NCBI GenBank assembly: GCA_003151975.1
Contig: PLZD01000031.1
Span: 6,571-70,570, forward strand
Direction of reading: 5' to 3'
DNA length: 64,000 bases
Source of the DNA: Elusimicrobiota bacterium
GTDB taxonomy: Bacteria > Elusimicrobiota > Elusimicrobia > UBA1565 > UBA9628
The translations under genes and the position numbers were made by a program. Positions 45,442-55,526 of the stretch are shown here, piece after piece. Position 1 is the first letter of the stretch. The number at the start of each line of letters is the position of its first letter. The notes under the pieces are model-generated. The model ran no database searches. It was not told the DNA's origin and worked only from the letters and a program-made list of their open reading frames with translations.

Positions 45442-46946
45442 CACAGAGCCTCGCAGAACTCCTGCGTTGGGTCTCGCCGATCGAGGTCCGCGGCCCCAAG
45501 GACGTCCAGATCACGGGACTGACGCATGATTCACGAACCGTCAAGCCGGGGGACTTGTTCTTCGCGCTGCCCGGTTCTAAGACCGACGGCAACCGCCACG
45601 TGCGCAAGGCTTGCGAGCTGGGCGCCGTCGCCGTCGTCAGCGAGCTCGCGCCGCCGCCGGCGCCGCTGAGCTTCGCGGGCACCTGGATCAAGGTCTCAAG
45701 CGCCGTCTCAGCGATGGGCGCGATGGCCGACCAATTCTTCGAGCATCCCTCGGGCGCCATGACCGTCATCGGCGTGACCGGCACCAACGGCAAGACGACC
45801 ACGACATACTTTCTCGAGTCGATCATCAAGGCCTGCGGCGGCGTGCCCGCCGTCGCCGGCACGATCGATTATCGTTTGCGCGGCGAAGTCGTCTCGAAGG
45901 CCCCGAACACGACGCCGATCTCGCTCGAGCTGCTGCGCCTCATGGCGCGCTTTCGCGACGGCGGGGCCACGCATGTGGCCATGGAAGTCTCCTCGCACGC
46001 CCTCTCGCTGAAGCGCGTCGAGGAAGTCGACTTCGACGCGGCCGTTTTCACCAATCTCAGCCGGGACCACTTGGACTTCCATGGCACCGTCGAGGAATAT
46101 TTCTCGGCCAAGGCCCGGCTCTTCGAGCTGCTGACGAAAGTCTCGAACAAGAAAGAGCTGCGCGTCGCCGCGATCAACGCCGACGACGCCCGCGCGGACT
46201 CCCTCAAGCGCAAAGCTTCGGGCTCGCTGGTGCTGACCTACGGCTTCCGCTCCGGCGCCGACATCCGCGCCGACAACCTGCAGATGGGCCGCGACGGCTC
46301 GACCTTCGAGTTTCGCTTCAACGAGAAGACCCATAAGGCGCAGATCAGGCTCGTCGGCGCGCACAATGTTTCAAACGCATTAGGGGCTCTCACGGCGTCT
46401 CTTGGATTAGGCATGCCCGTCGAGAAGGTTCTGGCCGGACTCAAAGGTCTTCTTTTCGTCCCCGGGCGCCTGGAGCCCATCGACGAGGGGCAAGACTTTA
46501 AGGTGCTCGTCGACTACGCGCACACCGACAGCGCGCTCGAAACCGTGCTCGAGTATCTCGAAAAACTTCCTCACTCGAAGATCATTACCGTCGTCGGCTG
46601 CGGCGGCGAGCGCGACCGCACCAAGCGCGGGCCCATGGGCGTCGCCGCCTGCCGGCACTCGAATCTGGCCATCATCACGAGCGATAATCCGCGCGGTGAA
46701 GATCCGCTCGCCATCATCGCGGACATCGAGGACGGGCTCAAGAAAAGCTCCCTCAAAAATTATAAAATCGAGCCCGACCGGGGAGCCGCGATCGCGTTGG
46801 CCGTCCATTCGGCGCGCCCCGGCGATTTGGTGCTGATCGCGGGTAAGGGACACGAGGATTATCAGATATTGAAGGATAGGACGATCCCGTTCGACGACCG
46901 GGAGTCTGCTCGCAGCGCCGTGCGCCGCAAGCTCGGAAAATCATAA
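45438..46946 (+). CDS. murE: UDP-N-acetylmuramoyl-L-alanyl-D-glutamate--2,6-diaminopimelate ligase
   Basis: GVTGTNGKTTT P-loop and DNPR motif (ITSDNPRGEDP). dcw context. Confidence 0.95.
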   Translation: MTQSLAELLRWVSPIEVRGPKDVQITGLTHDSRTVKPGDLFFALPGSKTDGNRHVRKACELGAVAVVSELAPPPAPLSFAGTWIKVSSAVSAMGAMADQFFEHPSGAMTVIGVTGTNGKTTTTYFLESIIKACGGVPAVAGTIDYRLRGEVVSKAPNTTPISLELLRLMARFRDGGATHVAMEVSSHALSLKRVEEVDFDAAVFTNLSRDHLDFHGTVEEYFSAKARLFELLTKVSNKKELRVAAINADDARADSLKRKASGSLVLTYGFRSGADIRADNLQMGRDGSTFEFRFNEKTHKAQIRLVGAHNVSNALGALTASLGLGMPVEKVLAGLKGLLFVPGRLEPIDEGQDFKVLVDYAHTDSALETVLEYLEKLPHSKIITVVGCGGERDRTKRGPMGVAACRHSNLAIITSDNPRGEDPLAIIADIEDGLKKSSLKNYKIEPDRGAAIALAVHSARPGDLVLIAGKGHEDYQILKDRTIPFDDRESARSAVRRKLGKS

Positions 46947-48313
46947 TGAAGCTCGACACGACCTGGGAGATCATGGCCCGCGCGGCCGGGGGACGGCTCA
47001 TCCTCGGCTCGCCGACCGACCGCGTCGACTCGGTCTCAACGGACACGAGATCCCTTAAGAACGACGAGGCCTTCTGGGCACTCAAGGGGCCCCGCTACGA
47101 CGCGCACAGCATGCTCAACGAGGCGTTGGCCGAGCGATCCTCGGGCTGGATCATCGAGCAGGGCAAGCCCTACCCCAAGGCCGCCAAGCCCAAGCACTTG
47201 ATCGAGGTGCCCGACACGCTCAAGGCCCTGCAAGCGTTCGCGGCGCACCACCGCGCCCGCTTCGAGATTCCCGTAGTCGGCATCACGGGCTCCAACGGCA
47301 AGACGACGACCAAGGAAATGCTCAAATGCATCTTGTCCCCGCTGGGCGCGACCTGCGCCTCTCCGGGCAACTGGAACAATCAGGTCGGCGTACCGCTCTC
47401 CGTCCTTGAGCTGACCGAGGAGCACCGCTACGCGATCTTCGAGCTGGCCGATTCCCACCCAGGCGATATCAAGGAAGTGGCGCGCGTCGCCCAGCCCACC
47501 TTGGCCGTGCTGACCAATCTCGGCCGCGACCACCTCGAGTTCTACGGCTCGATGGAAGCCAATTTCAAGACGAAGTCCGAGCTCATCGAGGCTCTGCCCG
47601 CCGACGGCAAGGCGGTCATCAACAGCGACGACGAGTGGCTGTCGGCGCTGGAAGCCCGCCTGGGAGCGCGCGCGATCACTTTCGGCATGAACCCGCGGGC
47701 GCGCGTCAGCTTCGCCGAGAAAGACGAACTCATCGTCGACCGGCACAAGCTCAAGCTGAGCCTGCGCTCGCTCGGCAAGCTCTCGCGCTACAACGCGGCG
47801 GCCGCCGCGGCCGCGGCCCTGGCGCTGGGTATTTCCGCCGACAAGATCCGCGAGGGCCTGGAGTCGTATCGACCGTCCAATATGCGACTCCAGGTCATGA
47901 CGCACTCCACGGGTTCTTTGATCATCATGGACGCCTACAACGCCAATCCCGACTCGATGCGCGCCGCCATCGAGGGCTTCGTCGACGAGTATCCCATCGA
48001 GGAGAAGGTGCTCGTCCTCGGCGACATGAAGGAACTCGGCATCGACTCGCGCCTCTTCCACCAACAGCTCGCGGCCTGGGTCGCGACCTTGCCCCTGCGC
48101 GCGGTTTATCTTGCCGGCCGCGAGATGGAGGCCGCCTACGAGGTGCTCAAGAAGGCCAAGCCCAAGTTTTCGTTCGCCCACGCCGAGACCGCGGACGGGC
48201 TGCGCGACAAGATCCGCGGGGAACTTGCGCCCGGACGCGCGGTGTTTCTCAAGGCGTCTCGGGCCATGAGGTTCGAGACGATCCTGGAATCGCTTTCATG
48301 CTCTATTATTTAA
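46946..48313 (+). CDS. murF: UDP-N-acetylmuramoyl-tripeptide--D-alanyl-D-alanine ligase
   Basis: GITGSNGKTTTKEM, DAYNANPDSM. dcw context. Confidence 0.9.
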   Translation: MKLDTTWEIMARAAGGRLILGSPTDRVDSVSTDTRSLKNDEAFWALKGPRYDAHSMLNEALAERSSGWIIEQGKPYPKAAKPKHLIEVPDTLKALQAFAAHHRARFEIPVVGITGSNGKTTTKEMLKCILSPLGATCASPGNWNNQVGVPLSVLELTEEHRYAIFELADSHPGDIKEVARVAQPTLAVLTNLGRDHLEFYGSMEANFKTKSELIEALPADGKAVINSDDEWLSALEARLGARAITFGMNPRARVSFAEKDELIVDRHKLKLSLRSLGKLSRYNAAAAAAAALALGISADKIREGLESYRPSNMRLQVMTHSTGSLIIMDAYNANPDSMRAAIEGFVDEYPIEEKVLVLGDMKELGIDSRLFHQQLAAWVATLPLRAVYLAGREMEAAYEVLKKAKPKFSFAHAETADGLRDKIRGELAPGRAVFLKASRAMRFETILESLSCSII

Positions 48314-49383
48314 CCGCGTTTCGGGAAAGGTTCGGCGCGCTGAACCTATTCCAGTACATCACTTTCCGCGCCGGCGGCGCGGCGCTGACCTCTTTGGTGC
48401 TCTCGCTCGTGCTGGGCCCGGGGCTCATCCGGGCGCTGACCCGCCGCAAGGTGGGGCAAGTCCAGCGCACCGACGGCCCCGCCACGCACCTCGGCAAGCA
48501 CGGCACGCCCACGATGGGCGGCGTGCTGATCTTCCTGAGCCTGGTCTCGAGCACGCTCCTGTGGATGAGGCCCGACGACCGGTTCACCTGGCTGCTGCTG
48601 GCCGTGGTCGTCGTCCTCGCCGCGGTCGGCGCCTGGGACGATTGGCTCAAGCTCTCCCAGAAGAGCTCGGCGGGATTCTCGTCGCGCGGCAAGCTCATCA
48701 TGCAGACGAGCGTGGGCCTGGCCGTCGCGCTTTATCTGGCGGTGCACCCGCCCAACGGCGGCTCGGCCACCATGCTCAACATACCCTACGGCAAGGACCG
48801 CTTCCTCGAGCTCGGCTCGCTCTATTACGTTCTGGCCGCCATGATGATCGTGGGCTGCTCCAACGCCGTCAACCTGACGGACGGCATGGACGGCCTGGCC
48901 GCGGGCTCGATCATCTTCTGCGCGATCACCTACGGCGTCTTCGCCTACATGGCCGGCAACATCAAGTTCGCGACCTACCTGCGCATCATCCACGTCGAGG
49001 GCGCCGGCGAGATCACCGTGTTCCTCGCGGGCCTCGTCGGCAGCTGCCTGGGCTTCCTGTGGTTCAACTCCTATCCCGCCGAGATGTTCATGGGCGACAC
49101 GGGCTCGCTGTTCTTGGGCGGCGCGATCGCGACCGTGGCGCTTTGCGTCAAGCAAGAGCTGATCCTGCCCATCGTCGGCGGCGTCTTCGTCGCCGAGACG
49201 ATCTCGGTCATCATGCAGATGGGCTCGTTCAAGCTCCGCAAGGGCAAGCGCATTTTCAAGATGGCGCCGCTGCACCACCATTTCGAGCTCGGCGGCATCG
49301 CGGAACCCAAGGTCACCGTGCGCTTCTGGATCGCCGGCATCGTTTTGATGCTGACGGCCCTCGCGTCGCTGAAAATCAGATGA
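48298..49383 (+). CDS. mraY: Phospho-N-acetylmuramoyl-pentapeptide transferase
   Basis: Start at MLYYLTAFRERFGALNLFQYITFR. NAVNLTDGMDGLA and APLHHHFE motifs. Confidence 0.95.
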   Translation: MLYYLTAFRERFGALNLFQYITFRAGGAALTSLVLSLVLGPGLIRALTRRKVGQVQRTDGPATHLGKHGTPTMGGVLIFLSLVSSTLLWMRPDDRFTWLLLAVVVVLAAVGAWDDWLKLSQKSSAGFSSRGKLIMQTSVGLAVALYLAVHPPNGGSATMLNIPYGKDRFLELGSLYYVLAAMMIVGCSNAVNLTDGMDGLAAGSIIFCAITYGVFAYMAGNIKFATYLRIIHVEGAGEITVFLAGLVGSCLGFLWFNSYPAEMFMGDTGSLFLGGAIATVALCVKQELILPIVGGVFVAETISVIMQMGSFKLRKGKRIFKMAPLHHHFELGGIAEPKVTVRFWIAGIVLMLTALASLKIR

Positions 49384-50759
49384 GATTCGATCCCAAGGCG
49401 TTCAAAAAGAAGAAAGCCTGCGTGATCGGCCTGGGGACCTCGGGCCTCGCGGCGGCCAAGCTCCTCGCCAAAAAAGGCTTCAAGGTCTTCGGAACGGACA
49501 CTCGCCCGGCTAAAGAATTACGGAAAAGCCTGCCGCGCCTTCCGGCATCCGTAACTTGGGAGGCAGGCGGCCACAGCGACCGAATCTTGAAGTGCGGCTT
49601 CGCCGTGAAGAGCCCCGGCCTGCCGCCGCACTTGCCCGTCTTCAACAAGTTCAAGGCCGCCGGCATCCCCGTCTTCAGCGAGCTCGAAGTGGCCCTGGCC
49701 TACTCCAAGTGCAGGGAGATCGTCGCCATCACGGGAACCAACGGGAAGACGACGACGACGGCACTGACCGCCGAGATTTTCAAGAAGGCCAAGAAGAAAG
49801 TCTTCGTCTGCGGCAACATCGGCGTGCCGATTTCCGAGCTCGCGCCCAAGGCCGGCGCGCGCGACGTGATCGTCATGGAAGCCTCGAGCTACCAGCTCGA
49901 GGACAGCCGCCACTTCCATCCGCAGGCGGCGGCGATCCTCAACATCACCCCCGATCACCTCGACCATCACGGCAGCATGGCACGCTACATCGACGCCAAG
50001 GCCAAAATCTTCCGCGAGCAAAGCGCCGGCGACGCGTGCGTGTTCAACTTCAACGACGCCATCGTCGTGAAGCTCTCGCGCCGCACGCGCGGGCGCAAGC
50101 TGTTCTTCGCGAGTCAGAATCACGGTCCGGTCCACGCGTGGCCGGCGAAAGGCAAGCTCGTCTTCAAGCTCCCCGGCTCCAAGAAGGAAATCTCGCTGAC
50201 GCCGCCGGCCCTCCCCGGCTCGCACAACCTCGAGAACGCGATGGCCGCCGCTTTGCTGGCGCTCGCCCGCGGCGTCAAGCCCGCCGCGATCCAGGCCGCG
50301 TTCAAGGCCTTCAAGGGCGTCGAGCACCGCATCGAGGAGGCCGGCACGCATCACGGCCTGCGCTGCGTCAACGATTCGAAGGCGACCAACGTCGACTCGA
50401 CGATGGTCGCGCTCAAGGCTTTCGCGGACGCCGCCGACGGCGCCGCGCCGAACATTCTTCTGATCCTCGGCGGACTGGACAAGGGCCTGCCCTACACGCC
50501 GCTCAAGGGGCTCATCACGAAGACCGTCAAAGGGATACTCTCGATCGGCTCGGCCGCGCGCAAGGTGGAGGAAGACCTCAGCGGGCTGGTGCCCATATTC
50601 CCGTGCGGCGACCTCAAGACCGCCGTCGACACAGCTTTTAGAATAGGTTCAAAAGGGGACGTTTTGCTCTTGTCTCCCGCGTGCGCGTCGTTCGACCAGT
50701 TTAAGAATTTCGAGGACCGCGGCCGCCAATTCAAGGAGCTTGTCAGCAGGCTCGGATGA
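49380..50759 (+). CDS. murD: UDP-N-acetylmuramoylalanine--D-glutamate ligase
   Basis: Start at MRFDPKAFKKKKACVIGLGTSGLAAAK (ATGA overlap). ITGTNGKTTT motif. Confidence 0.95.
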   Translation: MRFDPKAFKKKKACVIGLGTSGLAAAKLLAKKGFKVFGTDTRPAKELRKSLPRLPASVTWEAGGHSDRILKCGFAVKSPGLPPHLPVFNKFKAAGIPVFSELEVALAYSKCREIVAITGTNGKTTTTALTAEIFKKAKKKVFVCGNIGVPISELAPKAGARDVIVMEASSYQLEDSRHFHPQAAAILNITPDHLDHHGSMARYIDAKAKIFREQSAGDACVFNFNDAIVVKLSRRTRGRKLFFASQNHGPVHAWPAKGKLVFKLPGSKKEISLTPPALPGSHNLENAMAAALLALARGVKPAAIQAAFKAFKGVEHRIEEAGTHHGLRCVNDSKATNVDSTMVALKAFADAADGAAPNILLILGGLDKGLPYTPLKGLITKTVKGILSIGSAARKVEEDLSGLVPIFPCGDLKTAVDTAFRIGSKGDVLLLSPACASFDQFKNFEDRGRQFKELVSRLG

Positions 50760-51871
50760 ACTTAAGGCGCAGAACCCAGATGGACTACACTTTGCTCGGC
50801 GTCGCGCTCGCGCTGGTCTGCGTGGGTCTCGTCATGATTTATTCCGCCAGCGCAATCTGGGCCGAACAAAATCTCGGCCACTCGCTCTACTTCTTCAAGC
50901 GGCAACTAATCTGGGCGTCGATCAGCCTGTTCGCGATGTCGTTCTTCAGCCGCTTCGACTACAACCGCTACCGCGAGATGGTCCTGCCCATTTTCTTCGT
51001 GACCGTTCTGGGCCTGATCGGGGCGCTGGCGAGCCTGCCGATCGCCGGCGTGCACCGATGGATCCGCGTGGGTCCCATCGGCCTGCAGCCCGCGGAGTTC
51101 GCCAAGCTGACCTCGGTGCTGTTCCTCGCCTATTATCTTGACCGCAAGCGCAGCAAGACGAGCTCACCCTGGTGGGGCCTCGTGGCGCCGACGGCCGTCG
51201 TGTTCGTGCTGCTCGCGCTGATCGGCAAGGAGCCCGACCTCGGCACGCCCTCTCTCATGCTCGTCGTCGCGATGCTCTTGATCTTCATCGGCGGCGGCCA
51301 GCTCAAGCACTTGGGCGCGGCCTTCCTCGCCTTCATGCCGGTGCTGGCCTACGAGCTCATCAAGTATCCCTACCGTCGCGCGAGGATGATGAACTTCCTC
51401 GCGCCGTTCAACGACCCCAAAGGCACCGGCTATCAGCTGGCGCAGGCGATCCTGGCGGTAGGCTCGGGCGGGTGGTTCGGCAAGGGCTTCGGGGCCTCCA
51501 AGCTCAAGCTCATGTACCTGCCGACGCCGCACACCGACTTCATCTTCCCGGTGATCTGCGAGGAGCTGGGCCTGATCGGAGCGCTCGCGCTCTTGGCGTT
51601 ATTTGCCACTTTGCTCGTCCGCGGCACGCGCATCGCCCGCCAGGCGCCCAACCTGTTCGGCACTTTGCTTGCCGCCGGCATCACCTTCACGATCTGCCTG
51701 CAGGCGTTCTTCAACATGGGCATGTCGATCGGCCTGCTGCCGACGAAGGGCATCCCGCTGCCGTTCATCTCGTTTGGCGGCTCGTCCTTGCTTGCGACCT
51801 TGATCGGCGTAGGCGTTCTGCTTAACATCTCGCGGCAGACCCAGGCGGCCGCGCTGGCGCCGCAGAAATAG
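50756..51871 (+). CDS. ftsW: Peptidoglycan glycosyltransferase FtsW (SEDS family)
   Basis: 10-TM SEDS pattern: LQPAEFAKL ... LPTPHTDFIF ... GLLPTKGIPLPFISFGGSS. Confidence 0.9.
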   Translation: MNLRRRTQMDYTLLGVALALVCVGLVMIYSASAIWAEQNLGHSLYFFKRQLIWASISLFAMSFFSRFDYNRYREMVLPIFFVTVLGLIGALASLPIAGVHRWIRVGPIGLQPAEFAKLTSVLFLAYYLDRKRSKTSSPWWGLVAPTAVVFVLLALIGKEPDLGTPSLMLVVAMLLIFIGGGQLKHLGAAFLAFMPVLAYELIKYPYRRARMMNFLAPFNDPKGTGYQLAQAILAVGSGGWFGKGFGASKLKLMYLPTPHTDFIFPVICEELGLIGALALLALFATLLVRGTRIARQAPNLFGTLLAAGITFTICLQAFFNMGMSIGLLPTKGIPLPFISFGGSSLLATLIGVGVLLNISRQTQAAALAPQK

Positions 51872-52986
51872 TGGCCAAGAGAGTCGTCATCGCCGCCGGC
51901 GGCACGGGGGGGCATTTCTACCCGGGGCTCGTGCTGGCCAAGACCCTGCGCTCGCGGGGCTGGCAGCCGCTGATCTTGGTCCGTCTCGACGATCCGGGCA
52001 TCGCGACCCTCGAGCGCGAGGGCATCCCATCCGTCGAGGTCGACCTCCAGGGTCTGCCGAGAAGCCTGAGCCCGAAGCTTGCGGTCTTCGGCTGGAAGCT
52101 CTCGAAGTCGGTGCTGTTCGCGCGCCGGCTGCTGCGCGATTTCAAGCCGGACATCGTCGTCGGCATGGGCGGCTACTTGACGGTTCCTGCGGCGCTCGCG
52201 GCCAAGGCCTCGCGCACGCCGCTTGTGATCCACGACTCCAACGCGGTGCTGGGCCAGGCCAACAAGCTCGCCGCCATGCTCGGCGCGCGGCTTTTCTGGG
52301 GCTTGCCTCCCGTCAAGGGCGGGGGAATCGTAACAGGCACGCCGATTCGACCGGAACTTTGGAAGGTCATGAACTCCGCCGACGCGCGCCGCCGCCTGGA
52401 GCTCGAGCCCGGCAAGACGACCGTGCTGGTCTTCGGCGGCTCGCAAGGCGCCAAGGGACTCAACCGCGAGGCGCCTCGCGCGCTTTGCAACGCCGCCAAC
52501 GCCGCGCCCAACAAGCTTCAGGTCCTGCACCTGACCGGGCCCAAGGAGCACGCCGAGGTTCTGCGCGCCTACGAAGGCTCGCCTCTCGCGGCGAAGGTCC
52601 TGCCGCGCTTGGACGCGATGGAAGCCGCCTACGGCGCCGCCGACCTCGTCTTGTGCCGCTCGGGCGCGGGCACGCTGGCGGAGCTCGCCGCCCAGCGCAA
52701 GCCCGCCGTGCTCGTCCCATTCCCCTTCGCGGCGGAGAATCACCAGGAAGCCAACGCCCGCGTGCTCGAGCGCGCGGGCGCCTCCCTTGTAATTCTTGAG
52801 AAGGACCTGCCGGGCCGCCTCGCGTCGCTGCTGGCCGATTTGCTATTCTCGCCTAAAGGCGCCGAAGAACTTTCCTCGATGTCCGCGGCCTACGCCAAGC
52901 TTTCGCTTCCCAAACCGGAACGGGCCGCCGAGGAGCTCGCCGACGCGATCGAAAATGAAGCCACGAATTCTCGTCTGCAACGATGA
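51871..52986 (+). CDS. murG: UDP-N-acetylglucosamine--N-acetylmuramyl-(pentapeptide) pyrophosphoryl-undecaprenol GlcNAc transferase
   Basis: VIAAGGTGGHFYPGL and the C-terminal ENHQEANA motif. Confidence 0.95.
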   Translation: MAKRVVIAAGGTGGHFYPGLVLAKTLRSRGWQPLILVRLDDPGIATLEREGIPSVEVDLQGLPRSLSPKLAVFGWKLSKSVLFARRLLRDFKPDIVVGMGGYLTVPAALAAKASRTPLVIHDSNAVLGQANKLAAMLGARLFWGLPPVKGGGIVTGTPIRPELWKVMNSADARRRLELEPGKTTVLVFGGSQGAKGLNREAPRALCNAANAAPNKLQVLHLTGPKEHAEVLRAYEGSPLAAKVLPRLDAMEAAYGAADLVLCRSGAGTLAELAAQRKPAVLVPFPFAAENHQEANARVLERAGASLVILEKDLPGRLASLLADLLFSPKGAEELSSMSAAYAKLSLPKPERAAEELADAIENEATNSRLQR

Positions 52987-53689
52987 CGGCATCCACGGCC
53001 CCGGCCTGCCTCCGCTGGTCTCCGCGATGCGGCGCTTGGGATCGGTCACCGTCGTCGTGCCCGACCAAGAACGCTCGGCCGACTCGCACTCGCTGACCCT
53101 CCACAAGCCGATCAGAATCCGGGAAGTCCGTCCCGGCACGTTCACTTTGAACGGAAGTCCCGCCGACTGCGCGCGGCTCGGCATTCTCGAGATCATGAAG
53201 GAGAAGGTCGACCTCGTGGTCTCGGGCATCAACCGAGGCTACAATCTCGGCGAGGACGTGGTCTACTCCGGCACGGTGGCCGCCGCGCGCGAGGCGACCT
53301 TGATCGGCGTGCCCGCCGTCGCATTCTCCCATGCTCCGGAGTCTTCGGCCTACGCCGCATCCGCCGCGTGGGCGCTCAAGATCGCGCGCAAGATTCTCAA
53401 GAGCGGACTTCCCGAGGGAGTCCTGCTCAACGTCAATTTCCCGGGCGGCGCGATCAAGCGGCCGCAGATCGTGCGCCTGGGCCAGCGCATCTACAGCAAG
53501 GACGTGACCAAGCGCTCCGATCCTCGCGGCGGGCACTACTATTGGCTCGCCGGCACGAAGGTCACCAGCGTTCGGGCCAAGGGCACGGATGTGACCGCGA
53601 TCATGGAAGGGCACGCCTCGATCACGCCGCTGCATCTCGACAGCACGGATTTTACGATGCTCGACACTTTGCGCGTATGGGAGTTCTAG
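52955..53689 (+). CDS. surE: 5'/3'-nucleotidase SurE
   Basis: Start at MKPRILVCNDDGIHGPGL. GINRGYNLGEDVVYSGTVAAAREA. Overlaps the murG 3' end by 32 nt. Confidence 0.9.
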   Translation: MKPRILVCNDDGIHGPGLPPLVSAMRRLGSVTVVVPDQERSADSHSLTLHKPIRIREVRPGTFTLNGSPADCARLGILEIMKEKVDLVVSGINRGYNLGEDVVYSGTVAAAREATLIGVPAVAFSHAPESSAYAASAAWALKIARKILKSGLPEGVLLNVNFPGGAIKRPQIVRLGQRIYSKDVTKRSDPRGGHYYWLAGTKVTSVRAKGTDVTAIMEGHASITPLHLDSTDFTMLDTLRVWEF

Positions 53690-54687
53690 CCCTCCTCGCG
53701 GTCTTCGCGGTGGGCGCGGTCTCAGCCCAAGAAATCAGCTCGTCGACCGCCCGACCGGAGGTCACTCTCTCGGCGGTCGGAGACATCCGCTTGAACGGGC
53801 CGGTCGGCGACATCATCAGGGCGCACGGCGCGCAGGCGCCGGTGGCGGCGATCAAGGACTTGCTCTCGGCCGACATCGTCTTCGGAAACCTCGAGACGAG
53901 CGTCACCAAACGCGGCACCAAGACGCCCAAGACCTGGAACTTCCGCAGCCCGCCCCAAAATCTTAAGGCGCTCGATGAGGGCGGCTTTACGATGGTCAAC
54001 CTCGCCAACAACCACGTTTGGGATTACGGCGAAGTGGGCTTCCGCGACACGCTGTCGGCGGTCAAGAAGGCCGGCTTCCTTTATATAGGGGGCGGCAAGA
54101 ACCTCGCCGAAGTCTCGAAGCCGAATATCGTCGAGATCAACGGCATTAAAGTGGGTTTCCTTGGATTTACCAGCACCTTCCCCATGGAGGCCTGGGCCAG
54201 AAAGAACAAGCCTGGCGTCAATTACAGCGACTTCGACAAATTCCCCGCGGTGATCGCGGCGGCCAAGCGCGAGTGCGACGTGCTCGTCGTCTCCTTTCAC
54301 GGCGGTACCGAGCTCGCCGAAGAGCCCAACCAGATCCAGAAAGATTTCATGCACTTGGCGGTCACCGCGGGCGCGGACTTGATTCTCGGCCATCACCCGC
54401 ACGTGCTTCAAGCCGTCGAGGTCTACAAGGACAAGCCGATCCTCTACAGCCTCGGCAATTTTTTGTTCGTCTCACCCGCTCCAGCCACGAGGCCGACGGT
54501 CATCGCCAAGATCACGCTCAACGCGCAAGGCGTCAGCCGCATCGACTTTGTGCCCGTGGACACGAACTGGGGCACGCCCAAGCCCGTCTCGGGCGAGGAG
54601 GCCAAGGCGGTCTTCCAAGCTCTCGACCGCCAGGGCGCCTTGACGCAGTTTCCGCAGCGGTTCAAGGTCCTCTCGTCCGGCTCATGA
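53677..54687 (+). CDS. CapA-family (PGA_cap metallophosphatase-like) secreted protein
   Basis: Signal peptide. LSAVGDIRL ... DIVFGNLETS ... MVNLANNHVWDYG ... VSFHGGTE ... ILGHHPHVLQ. Confidence 0.8.
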   Translation: MGVLALLAVFAVGAVSAQEISSSTARPEVTLSAVGDIRLNGPVGDIIRAHGAQAPVAAIKDLLSADIVFGNLETSVTKRGTKTPKTWNFRSPPQNLKALDEGGFTMVNLANNHVWDYGEVGFRDTLSAVKKAGFLYIGGGKNLAEVSKPNIVEINGIKVGFLGFTSTFPMEAWARKNKPGVNYSDFDKFPAVIAAAKRECDVLVVSFHGGTELAEEPNQIQKDFMHLAVTAGADLILGHHPHVLQAVEVYKDKPILYSLGNFLFVSPAPATRPTVIAKITLNAQGVSRIDFVPVDTNWGTPKPVSGEEAKAVFQALDRQGALTQFPQRFKVLSSGS

Positions 54688-55481
54688 AGCCGCTCTCGAT
54701 TTGGCCCACCGCGCTCGACCTCGCCTGGAACGAGCCCGATAAAAATCTCAGTCTGATCGACGATGCGATCTCGCGTCGTCTCAAGGATCAGACCTTGGTC
54801 TCCGACGAGCTCTTGTTCCTTTTTCCCGAACTGACCTTGACGGGATTTGTCACCAAGGATCCGCCCGGCTTGGTGCTCGGCGAAAGACCGCTCAAGGAGC
54901 TCGCCGAGATCGCGGCCGCGAGAAAGATCGCGATCGCCGCGGGTTTTCCAGAACGCAACCCCGCAGATGCTAAGAAACCCTTCAACTCGCTCGCGCTGTT
55001 CGGCTCCGACGGGAAACTCGTCGCACGCTACCGAAAGCTGCATCTTTTCACCTGGGGCAAGAGCCCCGAGTCCGATGTTTATTCGTGCGGCGACAAGGGT
55101 GTCGTCTGCGAGTACCGCGGCTGGAAATTGGGCCTCGGCATCTGTTTCGACGTGCGCTTCAGCGGACTCTTTCACCAATACGCGCGCTCGAATGTCGACG
55201 CCATGCTCATCAGCGCCTGCTGGGTCGGCGGGCCGCACAAGACTTACCAGTATAAAACGCTCTGTTCCGCGCACGCCATCCTGACCCAATCGTTCGTCGC
55301 GGCGGTCAACCGCTCCGGACGCGATCCCGCCTTCGAGTACGACGGCGCCGAGTACGGCTTTTCGCCCTTCGGCGAGGAGACGGCAAACGGCAAGCCTCTG
55401 GTCCTGGACGCCTCTGCGCTTGAGGCCTGCCGCAAGCTCGTCGTGCGGCCCTCGGACCGGGACGCCTACGAAGTCGGCTGA
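54684..55481 (+). CDS. Carbon-nitrogen hydrolase (nitrilase superfamily) protein
   Basis: FPELTLTGF (Glu), YRKLHLF (Lys) and LGLGICFDVRF (Cys) catalytic-triad contexts. Confidence 0.8.
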   Translation: MKPLSIWPTALDLAWNEPDKNLSLIDDAISRRLKDQTLVSDELLFLFPELTLTGFVTKDPPGLVLGERPLKELAEIAAARKIAIAAGFPERNPADAKKPFNSLALFGSDGKLVARYRKLHLFTWGKSPESDVYSCGDKGVVCEYRGWKLGLGICFDVRFSGLFHQYARSNVDAMLISACWVGGPHKTYQYKTLCSAHAILTQSFVAAVNRSGRDPAFEYDGAEYGFSPFGEETANGKPLVLDASALEACRKLVVRPSDRDAYEVG

Positions 55482-55526
55482 GACCGTCTTGAAGGCCTGG
55501 CGCCGCAAAAGTTAAGATACCTGCCT

